Part shown: positions 1 to 12,719 of the stretch, one piece after another
Position numbering within the stretch: the first letter of the stretch is position 1
How the letters are laid out: every line of letters begins with the position of its first letter
From: Eledone cirrhosa
Taxonomy: Eukaryota
Reading direction: 5' to 3'
DNA: 64,000 nucleotides
Assembly: GCA_964016885.1 (NCBI GenBank)
Contig: OZ024766.1
Location: 10,416,001-10,480,000, forward strand
The notes under the pieces: generated by a model
What the model was told of the DNA's origin: nothing
The model's input: the letters and a program-made list of their open reading frames with translations, nothing else
Database searches by the model: none
Position numbers and translations under genes: made by a program

Positions 1-2852
1 CACATAATATCTCACACAACATTTACATTACTCTCTATATACTATTGTATTGTCACAGTAAAGGCTTTACCTCACATAATATCTCCCATAACATTTACAT
101 TACTCTATATATACTATTGTATTTTCACAGTAAAGGCTTTACCTCACATAATATCTCACATAACATTTACATTACTCTATATATACTATTGTATTTTCAC
201 AGTAAAGTCTTAACCTCACATAATATCTCACATAACATTTACATTACTCTATATATACTATTGTATTTTCACAGTAAAGGCTTTACCTCACATAATATCT
301 CACATAACATTTACATTACTCTATATATACTATTGTATTTTCACAGTAAATGCTTTACCTCACATAATATCTCACACAACATTTACATTACTCTATATAT
401 ACTATTGTATTGTCACAGTAAAGGCTTTACCTCACATAATATCTCACATAACGTTTACATTACTCTATATATACTATTGTATTTTCACAGTAAAGGCTTT
501 ACCTCACATAATATCTCACATAACATTTACATTACTCTATATATACTATTGTATTTTCACAGTAAAGTCTTAACCTCACATAATATCTCACATAACATTT
601 ACATTACTCTATATATACTATTGTATTTTCACAGTAAAGGCTTTACCTCACATAATATCTCACATAACATTTACATTACTCTATATATACTATTGTATTT
701 TCACAGTAAATGCTTTACCTCACATAATATCTCACACAACATTTACATTACTCTATATATACTATTGTATTGTCACAGTAAAGGCTTTACCTCACATAAT
801 ATCTCACACAACATTTACATTACTCTCTATATACTATTGTATTGTCACAGTAAAGGCTTTACCTCACATAATATCTCACATAACATTTACATTACTCTAT
901 ATATACTATTGTATTTTCACAGTAAAGGCTTTACCTCACATAATATCTCACATAACATTTACATTACTCTATATATACTATTGTATTTTCACAGTAAAGG
1001 CTTTACCTCACATAATATCTCACATAACATTTACATTACTCTATATATACTATTGTATTTTCACAGTAAAGTCTTAACCTCACATAATATCTCACATAAC
1101 ATTTACATTACTCTATATATACTATTGTATTTTCACAGTAAAGGCTTTACCTCACATAATATCTCACATAACATTTACATTACTCTATATATACTATTGT
1201 ATTTTCACAGTAAAGGCTTTACCTCACATAATATCTCACATAACATTTACATTACTCTATATATACTATTGTATTTTCACAGTAAAGGCTTTACCTCACA
1301 TAACATTTACATTACTCTATATATACTATTGTATTTTCACAGTAAAGGCTTTACCTCACATAATATCTCACATAACATTTACATTACTCTATATATACTA
1401 TTGTATTTTCACAGTAAAGGCTTTACCTCACATAATATCTCACATAACATTTACATTACTCTATATATACTATTGTATTTTCACGGTAAAGGCTTTACCT
1501 CACATAATATCTCACATAACATTTACATTACTCTATATATACTATTGTATTTTCACAGTAAAGGCTTTACCTCACATAATATCTCACATAACATTTACAT
1601 TACTCTATATATACTATTGTATTTTCACAGTAAAGGCTTTACCTCACATAATATCTCACATAACATTTACATTACTCTATATATACTATTGTATTTTCAC
1701 AGTAAAGTCTTTACCTCACATAACATTTACATTACTCTATATATACTATTGTATTGTCACAATAAAGGCTTTACCTCACATAATATCTCACATAACATTT
1801 ACATTACTCTATATATACTATTGTATTTTCACAGTAAAGTCTTTACCTCACATAACATTTACATTACTCTATATATACTATTGTATTGTCACAATAAAGG
1901 CTTTACCTCACATAATATCTCACATAACATTTACATTACTCTATATATACTATTGTATTTTCACAGTAAAGGCTTTACCTCACATAATATCTCACATAAC
2001 ATTTACATTACTCTATATATACTATTGTATTTTCACAGTAAAGGCTGTACCTCACATAATACCTCACATAACATCTACATTACTCTATATATACTATTGT
2101 ATTTTCACAGTAAAGGCTTTACCTCACATAATATCTCACATAGCATTTACATTACTCTATATATACTATTGTATTTTCACAGTAAAGGCTTTACTTCACA
2201 TAATACCTCACATAACATTTACATTACTCTATATATACTATTGTATTTTCACAGTAAAGGCTTTACCTCACATAATATCTCACATAACATTTACATTACT
2301 CTATATATACTATTGTATTTTCACAGTAAAGGCTTTACCTCACATAATATCTCACATAACATTTACATTACTCTATATATACTATTGTATTTTCACAGTA
2401 AAGGCTTTACCTCATATAATATCTCACATAACATTTACATTACTCTATATATACTATTGTATTTTCACAGTAAAGGCTTTACCTCACATAATATCTCACA
2501 TAACATTTACATTACTCTATATATACTATTGTATTTTCACAGTAAAGGCTTTACCTCACATAATATCTCACATAACATTTACATTACTCTATATATACTA
2601 TTGTATTTTCACAGTAAAGGCTTTACCTCACATAATATCTCACATAACATTTACATTACTCTATATATACTATTGTATTTTCACAGTAAAGGCTTTACCT
2701 CACATAATACCTCACATAACATTTACATTACTCTATATATACTATTGTATTTTCACAGTAAAGGCTTTACCTCACATAATACCTCACATAACATTTACAT
2801 TACTCTATATATACTATTGTATTTTCACGGTAAAGGCTTTACCTCACATAAT
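1..2852 (+). repeat. 72-bp satellite array (~40 units, some 60-bp variants); begins before the window
   Basis: Unit cacataatatctcacataacatttacattactctatatatactattgtattttcacagtaaaggctttacct. The pattern recurs at 1/361/721, and variants at 207/567 and 351/711 show a 360-bp higher-order repeat. Confidence 0.97.
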
Positions 2853-2995
2853 ATTGAATCTATGAGATTTTGATATTATTTATTTTGAGAACAATGCCTT
2901 AACATCATTATGAGCAGCCGGTTACAGCTGTTTTGAACAGAAAGAGGTGAGAGAATTCTGGCTGGATGTGGCTGGTTTAAATGGTCAAGGGTTCA
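2853..2995 (+). mobile_element. Terminal segment of a non-autonomous element carrying the 72-bp satellite
   Basis: Homologous to the inverted copy at 7482-7600 (gaattctctcacctctttctg..., atatcaaaa). Ends ...ggtttaaatggtcaagggtt, which looks like a terminal inverted repeat. Confidence 0.5.
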
Positions 2996-3139
2996 TTAGG
3001 AATTTTTAAAGTTTTTAGATTTAATTATTTATTAATAAGAGGATTATCGATAACATTAATTAATGGTGAAATAAACTTTAATTAATGTGAAATAAACTAT
3101 TAAATGCATATGTACACCACTAGACAGCTGACAGTTTCT

Positions 3140-3580
3140 AGTGTTGGGGAACTACATGATAAATGCACCCAATACACTCTGTAAAGCGGTTGGTGATAGG
3201 AAGGGCCCCAGCCATAGAAAGCTTGCCATACAAAGGGTTAGGAAGACCCTTCAGTTGTGTCAAGGGCATGACCAAACCTACCCAATATACTCTGAAAAGT
3301 GGTTGATGATAGGAAGGGCCCCAGCCATAGAAAGCTTGCCATACAAAGAGTTGGGAGGGAGGGCCCTTCAATTGTGTCAAGGGTATGACCACCTCCCCAG
3401 TGATACAAAGGGCCCCAGCCATAGAAGGTTTGCCATACAAAGGGTTGGCAGGGCCCTTCAGTTATGTAAGGGTATGACCGCCTCTCTAGGGTTGATCTAC
3501 ATGATAGTTGCACCCAGTACACTCTGTAAAGCAGTTGGTGATAGGAAGGGCATTCAGCCATAGAAAGCTTGTCATACAAA
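3140..3580 (+). repeat. Degenerate tandem copies of a SINE 3' segment
   Basis: Repeated gtaaagcggttggtgataggaagggccccagccatagaaag, similar to the ggttggcgttaggaagggcatccagctgtagaaa SINE segment elsewhere in the window. Confidence 0.6.
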
Positions 3581-3677
3581 GTGTAACCCCTCGTTTACAT
3601 TGCTGACCTTAATGTGATCCCGTAAACCGTTTGTTAACCCTGGATATTTTCTTGATGATCCTGTGACACTCTTTGGC

Positions 3678-3842
3678 CCCATGACTTCTAGGACCTCAGG
3701 ACGTCTCACTGTGTGACGCCCCGCCCCCTTCCCGCCATGACTTCTGGGACCTCAGGACGTCTCACTGTGTGACCCCCCCCCCCCCGCCATGACTTCTGGG
3801 ACCTTAGGACGTCTCACTCTGTAACCCACCCCTTGCCCCATG
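3678..3842 (+). repeat. ~53-bp tandem repeat, 3 copies
   Basis: ccatgacttctgggacctcaggacgtctcactgtgtgac x3. Confidence 0.85.
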
Positions 3843-3867
3843 GTCTATCTGTGACCTGATGATCCCT

Positions 3868-5133
3868 CCCTCTTGTCAGTTCACAACCTTTCTATGACCT
3901 ACTGTCGAGCTCTGTGACCCCTTCATTTATCCACGACTTCTCTGGGACCTTCTTGTGACCAGGCTTGACTAGCTTGGAAAGTTGTGATCTTGCTTGACCA
4001 GCCATGACATTGTGACATTACCTGACTATGCTATAATATATCTTTGATCCCTCTTGTCAGTTCACAACCTTTCTATGACCCACTGTCGAGCTGTGTGACC
4101 CCTTCATTTGTCCATGACTTCTCTGGGACCTTCTTGTGACCAGGCTTGACTAGCTTGGAAAGTTGTGATCTTGCTTGACCAGCCGTGACATTGTGACATT
4201 ACCTGACTATGCTATAATATATCTTTGATCCCTCTTGTCAGTTCACAACCTTTCTATGACCCACTGTCGAGCTCTGTGACCCCTTCATTTGTCCACGACT
4301 TCTCTGGGACCTTCTTGTGACCAGGCTTGACTAGCTTGGAAAGTTGTGATCTTGCTTGACCAGCCATGACATTGTGACATTACCTGACTATGCTATAATA
4401 TATCTTTGATCCCTCTTGTCAGTTCACAACCTTTCTATGACCCACTGTCGAGCTCTGTGACCCCTTCATTTGTCCATGACTTCTCTGGGACCTTCTTGTG
4501 ACCAGGCTTGACTAGCTTGGAAAGTTGTGATCTTGCTTGACCAGCCATGACATTGTGACATTACCTGACTATGCTATAATATATCTTTGATCCCTCTTGT
4601 CAGTTCACAACCTTTCTATGACCCACTGTCGAGCTCTGTGACCCCTTCATTTGTCCACGACTTCTCTGGGACCTTCTTGTGACCAGGCTTGACTAGCTTG
4701 GAAAGTTGTGATCTTGCTTGACCAGCCATGACATTGTGACATTACCTGACTATGCTATAATATATCTTTGATCCCTCTTGTCAGTTCACAACCTTTCTAT
4801 GACCCACTGTCGAGCTCTGTGACCCCTTCATTTGTCCATGACTTCTCTGGGACCTTCTTGTGACCAGGCTTGACTAGCTTGGAAAGTTGTGATCTTGCTT
4901 GACCAGCCATGACATTGTGACATTACCTGACTATGCTATAATATATCTTTGATCCCTCTTGTCAGTTCACAACCTTTCTATGACCCACTGTCGAGCTCTG
5001 TGACCCCTTCATTTGTCCACGACTTCTCTGGGACCTTCTTGTGACCAGGCTTGACTAGCTTGGAAAGTTGTGATCTTGCTCGACCAGCCATGACATTGTG
5101 ACATTACCTGACTATGCTATAATATATCTTTGA
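3868..5133 (+). repeat. 181-bp tandem repeat, 7 near-identical copies, intronic
   Basis: ctcttgtcagttcacaacc recurs at 3870, 4051, 4232, 4413, 4594, 4775, 4956. Confidence 0.97.
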
Positions 5134-5147
5134 CCTTTTTATTACAG

Positions 5148-5223
5148 GCGCGGAGTGAATCACTGCCTTCACTGCATAATATCAATTTTCTTTTTTCCGT
5201 GGATCATTGTGTGGATTTGTCTG
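5148..5223 (+). CDS. Internal coding exon of a small Cys-rich membrane protein (RGVNHCLHCIISIFFFPWIIVWICL)
   Basis: Acceptor cttttattacag| at 5147 and donor |gtgagt at 5224. 76 bp = 1 nt + 25 open codons encoding a hydrophobic segment; joins in phase 0 to the exon at 6269. Confidence 0.75.
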
Positions 5224-5644
5224 GTGAGTGATCAGTTTTGATTTTATTAATTCTGTTGCATGGACTAGCCTTAAATACATGATCCTTCCTTAGCACGTGA
5301 AATCACGTGGCTAGAAGGAATCTGACGCTATAGTTTGTTCTTTTATGTCATTCAGCTTTACTTTCTCCACTGTTATCTCATTCTCCATTTCAACATTATA
5401 TGCTTTCATTATCACTTATATTTCCTCTTTTCTTATCTCTCTCCCCCTGTCTCATCATATGCTACACACCCTGTTTCTTTCTTGTCCTCTCTCTCTCCTA
5501 ACTATTTTCTTCCCTATCCCTGTCTCTCTCTTTAATCATATGTTATATGTTCTATCCAGTTTTTCATGTTTTTCTCTCTCTTCTTCTCTGACTACTTTGC
5601 CATTCATTATATCATCATCACCATTTAATGTCCATTTTTCCACA

Positions 5645-6176
5645 CTAGCACAACAAAAAGCACCCAGTCAACACTGTTAAGTGGTTGTGTAGGTGTCACA
5701 ACAAAAACCACACTGTAAAGTGGTCATATAGGTGTCACAACAAAAAGCACCCAGCCCACACTGTAAAGTGGTCATGTAGGTGTCACAACAAAAAGTACCC
5801 AGTCCACACTGTAAAGTGGTCGTATAGGTGTCACAACAAAAACCACCCAGTCCACACTGTAAAGTGGTCATGTAGGTATCACAACAAAGGGTGTCCAGTC
5901 CACACTGTAAAGTGGTCATGTAGGTGTCACAACAAAAAGCACCCAGTCCACACTGTAAAGTAGTCATGTAGGTGTCATGACAAAAGAACCACCCAGTACT
6001 TACTGTAAATAAGGTTGGCGTTAGGAAGGGCATCCAGCTGTAGAAACCAAATCAGAAATAGTTCTGTATGAGCAAGACATGGTCACCTGACCTGGCATTG
6101 CCCACAACAGGACAAGTCGTCTAACCCATGCTAGCATGGAAAAACGGACTAAAAACGGTGATGATGATGATGATGA
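5645..6176 (+). mobile_element. SINE 3' part with internal 48-bp tandem array and (GAT)n tail
   Basis: Unit cacaacaaaaagcacccagtccacactgtaaagtggtcatgtaggtgt x~7, then ggttggcgttaggaagggcatccagctgtagaaacc ... gatgatgatg. Confidence 0.8.
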
Positions 6177-6268
6177 CAGCTTCTGTAAGAATATCCCTCT
6201 TTACCCTATGTTTCTATTATAATCCATTTCTGTGAAATAATATATTTTTTCTTCTTTTCTCGTTTCAG

Positions 6269-6283
6269 TGTTTATGCAACTAG
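6269..6283 (+). CDS. Terminal coding exon (CLCN*) of the same small protein
   Basis: Strong acceptor ttttttcttcttttctcgtttcag| then TGT TTA TGC AAC TAG; AATAAA near 6384. Confidence 0.7.
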   Translation, partial: CLCN

Positions 6284-6619
6284 AAAGTTCAATTCTGCAG
6301 TATTTTATATAAAGGTTTTGATATGAAATTGTGTGCTGAAACAAATATTTGTATATTGTCCAGAAATATATTATATTGCCAGAAATAAATACACTTACTG
6401 TTTGGTTTTCTCATTTTATTGCTGATCAATCAATGATAAACAATGATTGCCAGCTAAATTAACTAATAATACAATGATTTCTTTATTAATAATAATAATA
6501 AAAATGATAATTATACCAATGATTATAACATTAACATGCCTTGTATGTCTACTAACACCAACATAACTAAAAATAAACATAACATACATAATCATCCTAA
6601 TACAACAGTACCTAGTAAC

Positions 6620-6955
6620 CATAGGAACTGTAATTGTAGGGCCCCTATTAACTGCTCATTACAGGGTCATTGCCTGGTGAGTTACTAATGTGATCTATAA
6701 GTGCACAGTCACTATGAATAATAGTATTAAATCTTACATAGGAGTTACTGCTAATAAATTCAAGACTAGATTTAGATCCCATCTTCATTCATTTAAGATT
6801 AGAAAACTTAGGAACTCCACTTCTCTCGCTAACAATATTAATCAATTAACTGAATCTAACACTCGTTACACAACTGAATGGCATATCATAGACAGGGCAA
6901 CATCGTATAACTTTAAGAAAAAAATGCAACTTATGTCTAATAGAGGCATAATGAA
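6620..6955 (+). mobile_element. Penelope-like element GIY-YIG endonuclease remnant
   Basis: CNCRAPINCSLQGHCL, then VIYKCTV...SYIGVTANKFKTRFRSHLHSF...STSLA...WHII; frameshifted. Confidence 0.85.
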
Positions 6956-6977
6956 GCCTAGAGTTACCTACCTTTAT

Positions 6978-7102
6978 GATCTGAGTTCAAATCCCGCTGA
7001 GGTTAACTTTGCCTTTCCCCCTTACGGGGGTTGGTAAAATAAAGTACCAGTAATGCGCTGGGATAATCGCTGGCCCTGTGCCAAAAGTAGAAACAATTAT
7101 AT
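6978..7102 (+). mobile_element. 5'-truncated tRNA-derived SINE, family A (other copies near 14110-14190 +, 22733-22812 -, 30032-30215 +)
   Basis: gagttcaaatcccgctgaggttaactttgcctttc...taaaataaagtaccagt...agtagaaacaattat. Confidence 0.8.
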
Positions 7103-7215
7103 TATCTTATATGCTCCTTACCTACACTAATTAACATTAGAGCCGAAACGGTGATCAACTGCTCGCATAGACTTTATTATTCCTTCTCTAAATATAGATA
7201 TAAATATATATAGTC

Positions 7216-7259
7216 TATCAAAGATCTTTCATCACACACCTGTGACATCATCAGTGATA
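7216..7259 (-). ncRNA. Minimal type-I hammerhead ribozyme motif
   Basis: Minus strand tatca CTGATGA tgtcac aggtgt gtgat GAAA gatc TT tgata. Stem I tatca/tgata, stem II gtcac/gtgat, palindromic stem III AGATCT, CUU site. Confidence 0.7.
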
Positions 7260-7481
7260 CTATTATGTTTATGATCCCATATAGCCAACTAAACTGTTTA
7301 GACCTAAAATTCCCCCACTCAACCCTAAAGTTTATTCCCTGTCAGGTAATTACTTTTTATTTCACGTTGCTCCTTCTACCTGGAGTTGTGACCGCTAGAT
7401 CATATTAGCAATTGGAAAGACCAATGGAAACATTGTTTCTTTGGTCCGATTTGACCAAAGTCGATCGACTGTTGATATATG

Positions 7482-7886
7482 GGGCCCGAATTCTCTCACC
7501 TCTTTCTGTCTAAACCGGCCATAACTTGCAACTCATACTGATGTTAAGATAATTTTTCTCAAAATAAACAATATCAAAACCTCGTAGATTTGATATTATG
7601 TGAGATAAAGCCTTTACTGTGAAAATACAATAGTATATATAGAGTAATGTGAATGTTATGTGAGATATTATGTGAGGTAAAGCCTTTACTGTGAAAATAC
7701 AATAGTATATATAGAGTAATGTGAATGTTATGTGAGATATTATGTGAGGTAAAGCCTTTACTGTGAAAATACAATAGTATATATAGAGTAATGTGAATGT
7801 TATGTGAGATAAAGCCTTTACTGTGAAAATACAAAAGTATATATAGAGTAATGTGAATGTTATGTGAGATATTATGTGAGGTAAAG
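7482..7886 (-). repeat. Inverted short copy of the 72-bp-satellite element (~4 units plus terminal segment)
   Basis: Reverse complement of the satellite unit and of the 2853-2960 flank. Confidence 0.9.
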
Positions 7887-8027
7887 GGATAATATATGTG
7901 GAAGAATGGATGTAAAACGGTGATGATGATGATTCATATATATATATATATTTTAATTTTGTTATCTTAGCCATTTTAATTTTCTTTCTAATGCATTGTA
8001 TGATTTTCAAAAGAACTAAATTTTGTT

Positions 8028-8068
<41 letters not shown>

Positions 8069-8074
8069 GGTGAA

Positions 8075-8245
8075 GGCATGTAGCTGAGTGGTTAGAGAAT
8101 TGGATTCACAACGTTGAGGTTGTGAGTTCGATTCCTGGACCGTTGCCCCTTCTACCTGGAGTTGCGACCGATAGATAGTACTAGCAACTGGAAAGACCAA
8201 CGGAAACATTGTTCCCTCGGTCCAATTTGATGAAAGTCGATCGAT
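8075..8245 (+). mobile_element. tRNA-derived SINE (related fragment at ~7370-7470)
   Basis: A/B-box-like head gtagctgagtggttagag...gagttcgattcctg; body shared with 7372-7468. Confidence 0.65.
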
Positions 8246-8323
8246 CCTATATGTGTGTGTATATATATATACATGAAACAAAATTTTTACCACTCCATTC
8301 TGATATATATACACACATATATA

Positions 8324-8427
8324 CAGGGTGTCCCCACAAAAATATATACTCACTTCAACAGCATTCTCATAAATATTGCCTGTACAGGTAATCAAAGTGT
8401 GTATACATTTTTTTGGACACCCTCTGT
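8324..8427. mobile_element. ~100-bp Tc1/mariner-type MITE
   Basis: Termini ta-cagggtgtcc ... ggacaccctctg; second copy in opposite orientation at 62328-62431. Confidence 0.75.
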
Positions 8428-8524
8428 GTACTCATTATTGCATTAAATTCTGCATAAAATTCATTAAAGGTTTTTTAAAACATAATTCATTTGTTTTTAT
8501 TCCCACTTTTCACATAAGTTCATC

Positions 8525-9398
8525 TTTCATGGGTCAGATAGGTTTCCCCCAATCAGGGCAAGTTGTGTCAGGTGACCGTGTCTCGCTCATATAGGGGTGT
8601 TTCTGGTTGGTTTTCTATGGCTGGATGCCCTTCCTAACACCAACAACATTTGAAGTGTTTGCTGGGTGCTTTTTGTTGTGACATCTACATGACCACTTTA
8701 CAGTGTGGACTGGGTGTTTTTTGTCATGACACCTACAGGACCACTTTACAGAGTGGACTGGGTGTTTTTTGTTGTGACACCTACATGACCACTTTACAGT
8801 GTGGACTGGGTGTTTTTTGTTGTGACACCTACATGACCACTTTACAGTGTGGACTGGGTGCTTTTAGTCATGACACCTACATATCACTTTACAGTATGGA
8901 CTGGGTGTTTTTTGTCATGATACCTACAGGACCACTTTACAGAGTGGACTGGGTGTTTTTTGTTGTGACACCTACATGACCACTTTACAGTGTTAACTGG
9001 GTGTTTTTTGTTGTGACACCTACATGACCACTTTACAGTGTGGACTGGGTGCTTTTAGTTATGACACCTACATATCACTTTACAGTATGGACTGGGTGTT
9101 TTTTGTCATGACACCTACAGGACCACTTTACAGTGTTAACTGGGTGTTTTTTGTTGTGACACCTACATGACCACTTTACAGTGTGGACTGGGTGCTTTTA
9201 GTTATGACACCTACATATCACTTTACAGTGTGGACTGGGTGTTTTTTGTCATGACACCTACATGACCACTTTACAGTGTGGACTGGGTGTTTTTTGTCAT
9301 GACACCTACAGGACCACTTTACAGTGTGGACTGGATACCTTTTGTTGAGACACCTACATGACCATTTTACAGTGTGGACTGGGTGCTTTTTGTCATGA
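8525..9398 (-). mobile_element. Inverted SINE 3' part with ~15 copies of the 48-bp unit
   Basis: Reverse complement of the 5645-6176 family. Confidence 0.85.
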
Positions 9399-9409
9399 CC
9401 ACAAGTGAG

Positions 9410-9760
9410 GAATTCAAGGTACAGGTAGGAGTTCATAGTGCCCCAGGCTATGAACTACAGAGGAGTTTAAGATTGGCTGCCCTTGAGAAACTCTTTACGC
9501 AGGTGGCCTGGTTCTTATAGCCAAATCCATAAAAGAACTAGAGAATAAGTTCCAACTATGGAAACAGTATTATTTAGAATCAAAAGGTCTGAGAATAAAC
9601 TTAGCCAAAACTAAAGTATGAGTGAGTAGGGGAGAAGATAGGGCTCTGATTCCTTCAGGGAAGTGGCCCTACAAAATATGTAGAAAAGGAGTAGCTATAA
9701 ACTCCATACAGTGTACACAAGAGATAACAGGAAGGGAAGATTTTGTATGTAGAAGATATG
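9410..9760 (+). mobile_element. RTE-clade LINE RT C-terminal fragment
   Basis: LVLIAKSIKELENKFQLWK...KGLRINLAKTKV*...PSGKWPYKICRKGVAINSIQC, with stops. Confidence 0.8.
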
Positions 9761-10043
9761 TAGTGACCTACATTCCGCAGGCTCACGTACATTCTCTGTG
9801 CGTGATTTGGCTCAGCTCAGCCAATCAGCGCCAGTAGAAGAGGATGTATCCCTACGCGTCCTGAGGGAGAAATTCCCCGCGAAGATTTGAAGAATCTTCC
9901 TCTCGCACAAGGAACTTCGAACCAGCAACACGTACATGTGACGGTGAGATTTTGCACCTTAGCCTCCGGCTTTCCGGCGCAATGGCACATTCCCTTTTGT
10001 AACCTCATTTTATGTGTAACTTCAACCATACAAGTTAACCAAC

Positions 10044-10669
10044 ATTATTTGTGCTACAACAAGGGCGGTGGATTGGCAGTATCGGTAGAGGGTCGGACGC
10101 CATGCTTTCCAGCATAGTTACGTCCCTTTACGGTCTGAGTTCAAATCCCGCCGAGGTTAACTGCCTTTCATCCTTACGGGGTCGATAAAATAAAGTACCA
10201 GTAATGTACTGGGTAATTGCTGGCCTTGTGCCAAAAGTAGAAACAATTATTTGTGCTACAACAAGGGCGGTGGATTGGCAGTATCGGTAGAGGGTCGGAC
10301 GCCATGCTTTCCAGCATAGTTACGTCCCTTTACGGTCTGAGTTCAAATCCCGCCGAGGTTAACTTTGCCTTTCATCCTTACGGGGTCGATAAAATAAAGT
10401 ACCAGTAATGCACTGGGATAATTGGTGGCCTTGTGCCAAAAGTAGAAACAATTATTTGTGCTACAACAGGGCGGTGGATTGGCAGTATCGGTAGAGGGTC
10501 GGACGCCATGCTTTCCAGCATAGTTACGTCCCTTTACGGTCTGAGTTCAAATCCCGCCGAGGTTAACTTTGCCTTTCATCCTTACGGGGTCGATAAAATA
10601 AAGTACCAGTAATGCACTGGGATAATTGCTGGCCTTGTGCCTAAAGTAGAAACAATTATTTGTGCTACA
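10044..10669 (+). mobile_element. Three head-to-tail full-length family-A SINEs, each bounded by the target-site repeat attatttgtgctaca
   Basis: Unit gggcggtggattggcagtatcggtagag...gagttcaaatccc...agtagaaaca x3. The 15-bp flank occurs at 10044, between units and at 10655. Confidence 0.9.
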
Positions 10670-10799
10670 TCAAAAATAAACATACAATTCATCTCTAATT
10701 TCTGCTGTTGACATCATTATTATGTTACTCGTGTCTCAATAGCATTTATAATCCATGCTGCTAAAGATACACAGGAATAATTGATGGGATGAATGCAAG

Positions 10800-11290
10800 T
10801 GATATCATTAACATCACTCGTCGAGATGATGGATCTCACTCTCATGCCCCAGAATCCCCTGTCCTCCATCGCTGCCCCCAGGTCCAGTCTGCTGATTCCC
10901 GTATCCCTAGAGATAACTGTTTCTACGTTAGGCACAAGGCCAGCAATTACCCCAGTGCATTACTGGTACTTTATTTTATCGACCCCGTAAGGACGAAAGG
11001 CAAAGCTAACCTCGGCGGGACTTGAACTCAGACCGTAAAGGGACGTAACTCTGCTGGAAAGCATGGCGTCCGACTCTCTACCGATACTGCCAATCCACCA
11101 CCCTAGAGATAACGTCAGGGAATGACAGCCTCCTACTCCTAGTCAGGCTGGAGTCAGGGTTCCAGAGCAAGAGAGCGGATATGATTTCATTGCTGGCACG
11201 GTGACAGTGGCCAGCAAATTGAGCTCTCCGGGATTTTAGAAGGGCAGAGGCTCGAGGGAGTTTGCCATAGATTTTAGACAAGGTGGGATG
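10800..11290 (-). mobile_element. LINE 3' end (RTE-like) interrupted by a SINE
   Basis: SRRAQFAGHCHR...LLLWNP...SFPDVISR|DTGISRLDLGAAMEDRGFW reads through once the SINE is removed. Confidence 0.75.
10918..11100 (-). mobile_element. Full-length family-A SINE with 13-bp target-site duplication
   Basis: ccctagagataac at 10905-10917 and 11101-11113; reverse complement of the SINE units at 10063-10654. Confidence 0.9.
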
Positions 11291-11339
11291 TCATTTCCAG
11301 GATAGGTTTTGCACTCTCATTAAGAGTGATATAAACCTT

Positions 11340-12700
11340 GTCCACTCACTGGAAGGATCCATAGAAGTAGTTGTTAGCAGTGGAGGAGGGTGCTCTGAGA
11401 GTATAGTAGCTAGATTAAGGATAGGACGGAAGAAGTTTAGTGAGCTGCTCCCACTGTTGACAACAAAAGGTACCACAGAAGTAGTTGATAGCTTCTGTTA
11501 CATAGGGGATCTAGTTGGCAATGGAGGAGGGTGCTCTGAGAACATAGTAGCTAGATTAAGGATAGGACGGAAGAAGTTTAGTGAGCTGCTCCCACTGTTG
11601 ACAACAAACGGTATCACAGAAGTAGTTGATAGCTTCTGTTACATAGGGGATCTAGTTAGCAGTGGAGGAGGGTGCTCTGAGAACATAGTAGTTAGATTAA
11701 GGATAGGACGGAAGAAGTTTAGTGAGCTGCTCCCACTGTTGACAACAAACGGTATCACAGAAGTAGTTGATAGCTTCTGTTACATAGGTGATCTAGTTAG
11801 CAGTGGAGGAGGGTGCTCTGAGAACATAGTAGCTAGATTAAGGATAGGACGGAAGAAGTTTAGTGAGCTGCTCCCACTGTTGGCAACAAAAAGTATCTCC
11901 CTACGTATAAAAGGATGACTGTATGTGAAGTGTCATGCTACATGGGCTGTGACTGGAGATAACACGTGGTGCTACATGGGTTGTGACTGCAGAGGACGTG
12001 TGGTGCTACATGGTAGTGAAACATGGGCTGTGACTGCAGAGGACCTGTGGTGCTACATGGGCTGTGACTGGAGAGGACATGTGGTGCTACATGGTAGTGA
12101 AACGTGGGCTGTGACTGGAGAGGACATGTGGTGCTACATGGTAGTGAAACATGGGCTGTGACTGCAGAGGACGTGTGGTGCTACATGGTAGTGAAACATG
12201 GGCTGTGACTGCAGAGGACCTGTGGTGCTACATGGTAGTGAAACGTGGGCTGTGACTGGAGAGGACATGTGGTGCTACATGGTAGTGAAACATGGGCTGT
12301 GACTGCAGAGGACATGTGATGCTACATGGGCTGTGACTGCAGAGGACATGTGATGCTACATGGTAGTGAAACATGGGCTGTGACTGCAGAGGACATGTGG
12401 TGCTACATGGGCTGAGAGAAATGAAGCAACCATGCTCCATTGGATGTGCCAAGGCAGAACTTGTACAAGTTGAATGAGAAACTGGGTTTAAGAGGAATCC
12501 GAGGTGGTATGTGTTGGAGAGAAGACTGCACTGGTATGGACATGTGATGTGTATGTATAATGATTGTTGGGAGAAGCAATGTCAGAGGAAGGAAGCCTCA
12601 GTAGACTGAGAAAGACCTGGCTAGAGGTGGTCAGAGCTGACCTCAAATACTTGAGACTCACAGAGGAGATGACGAAGGAAGATGCAGAGTGGAGGACCTG
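11340..12700 (+). mobile_element. RTE LINE 3' fragment with 141-bp (x~4) and 48/36-bp internal tandem arrays
   Basis: EVVDSFCYIGDL...IGRKKFSELLPLL repeated with period 141 (11474, 11615), then VLHGSETWAVTAED repeats at 11935-12415, then the RTE tail. Confidence 0.88.
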
Positions 12701-12719
12701 TCCAACATAATGCAGACAG

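Noticed and set aside
45-2873. 942-aa ORF
   Set aside because: Translation of a stop-free frame of the 72-bp satellite; no other coding evidence.
3868-5133. 181-bp array as a tandem retrozyme
   Set aside because: The size fits, but I found no CUGANGA/GAAA core on either strand of the unit.
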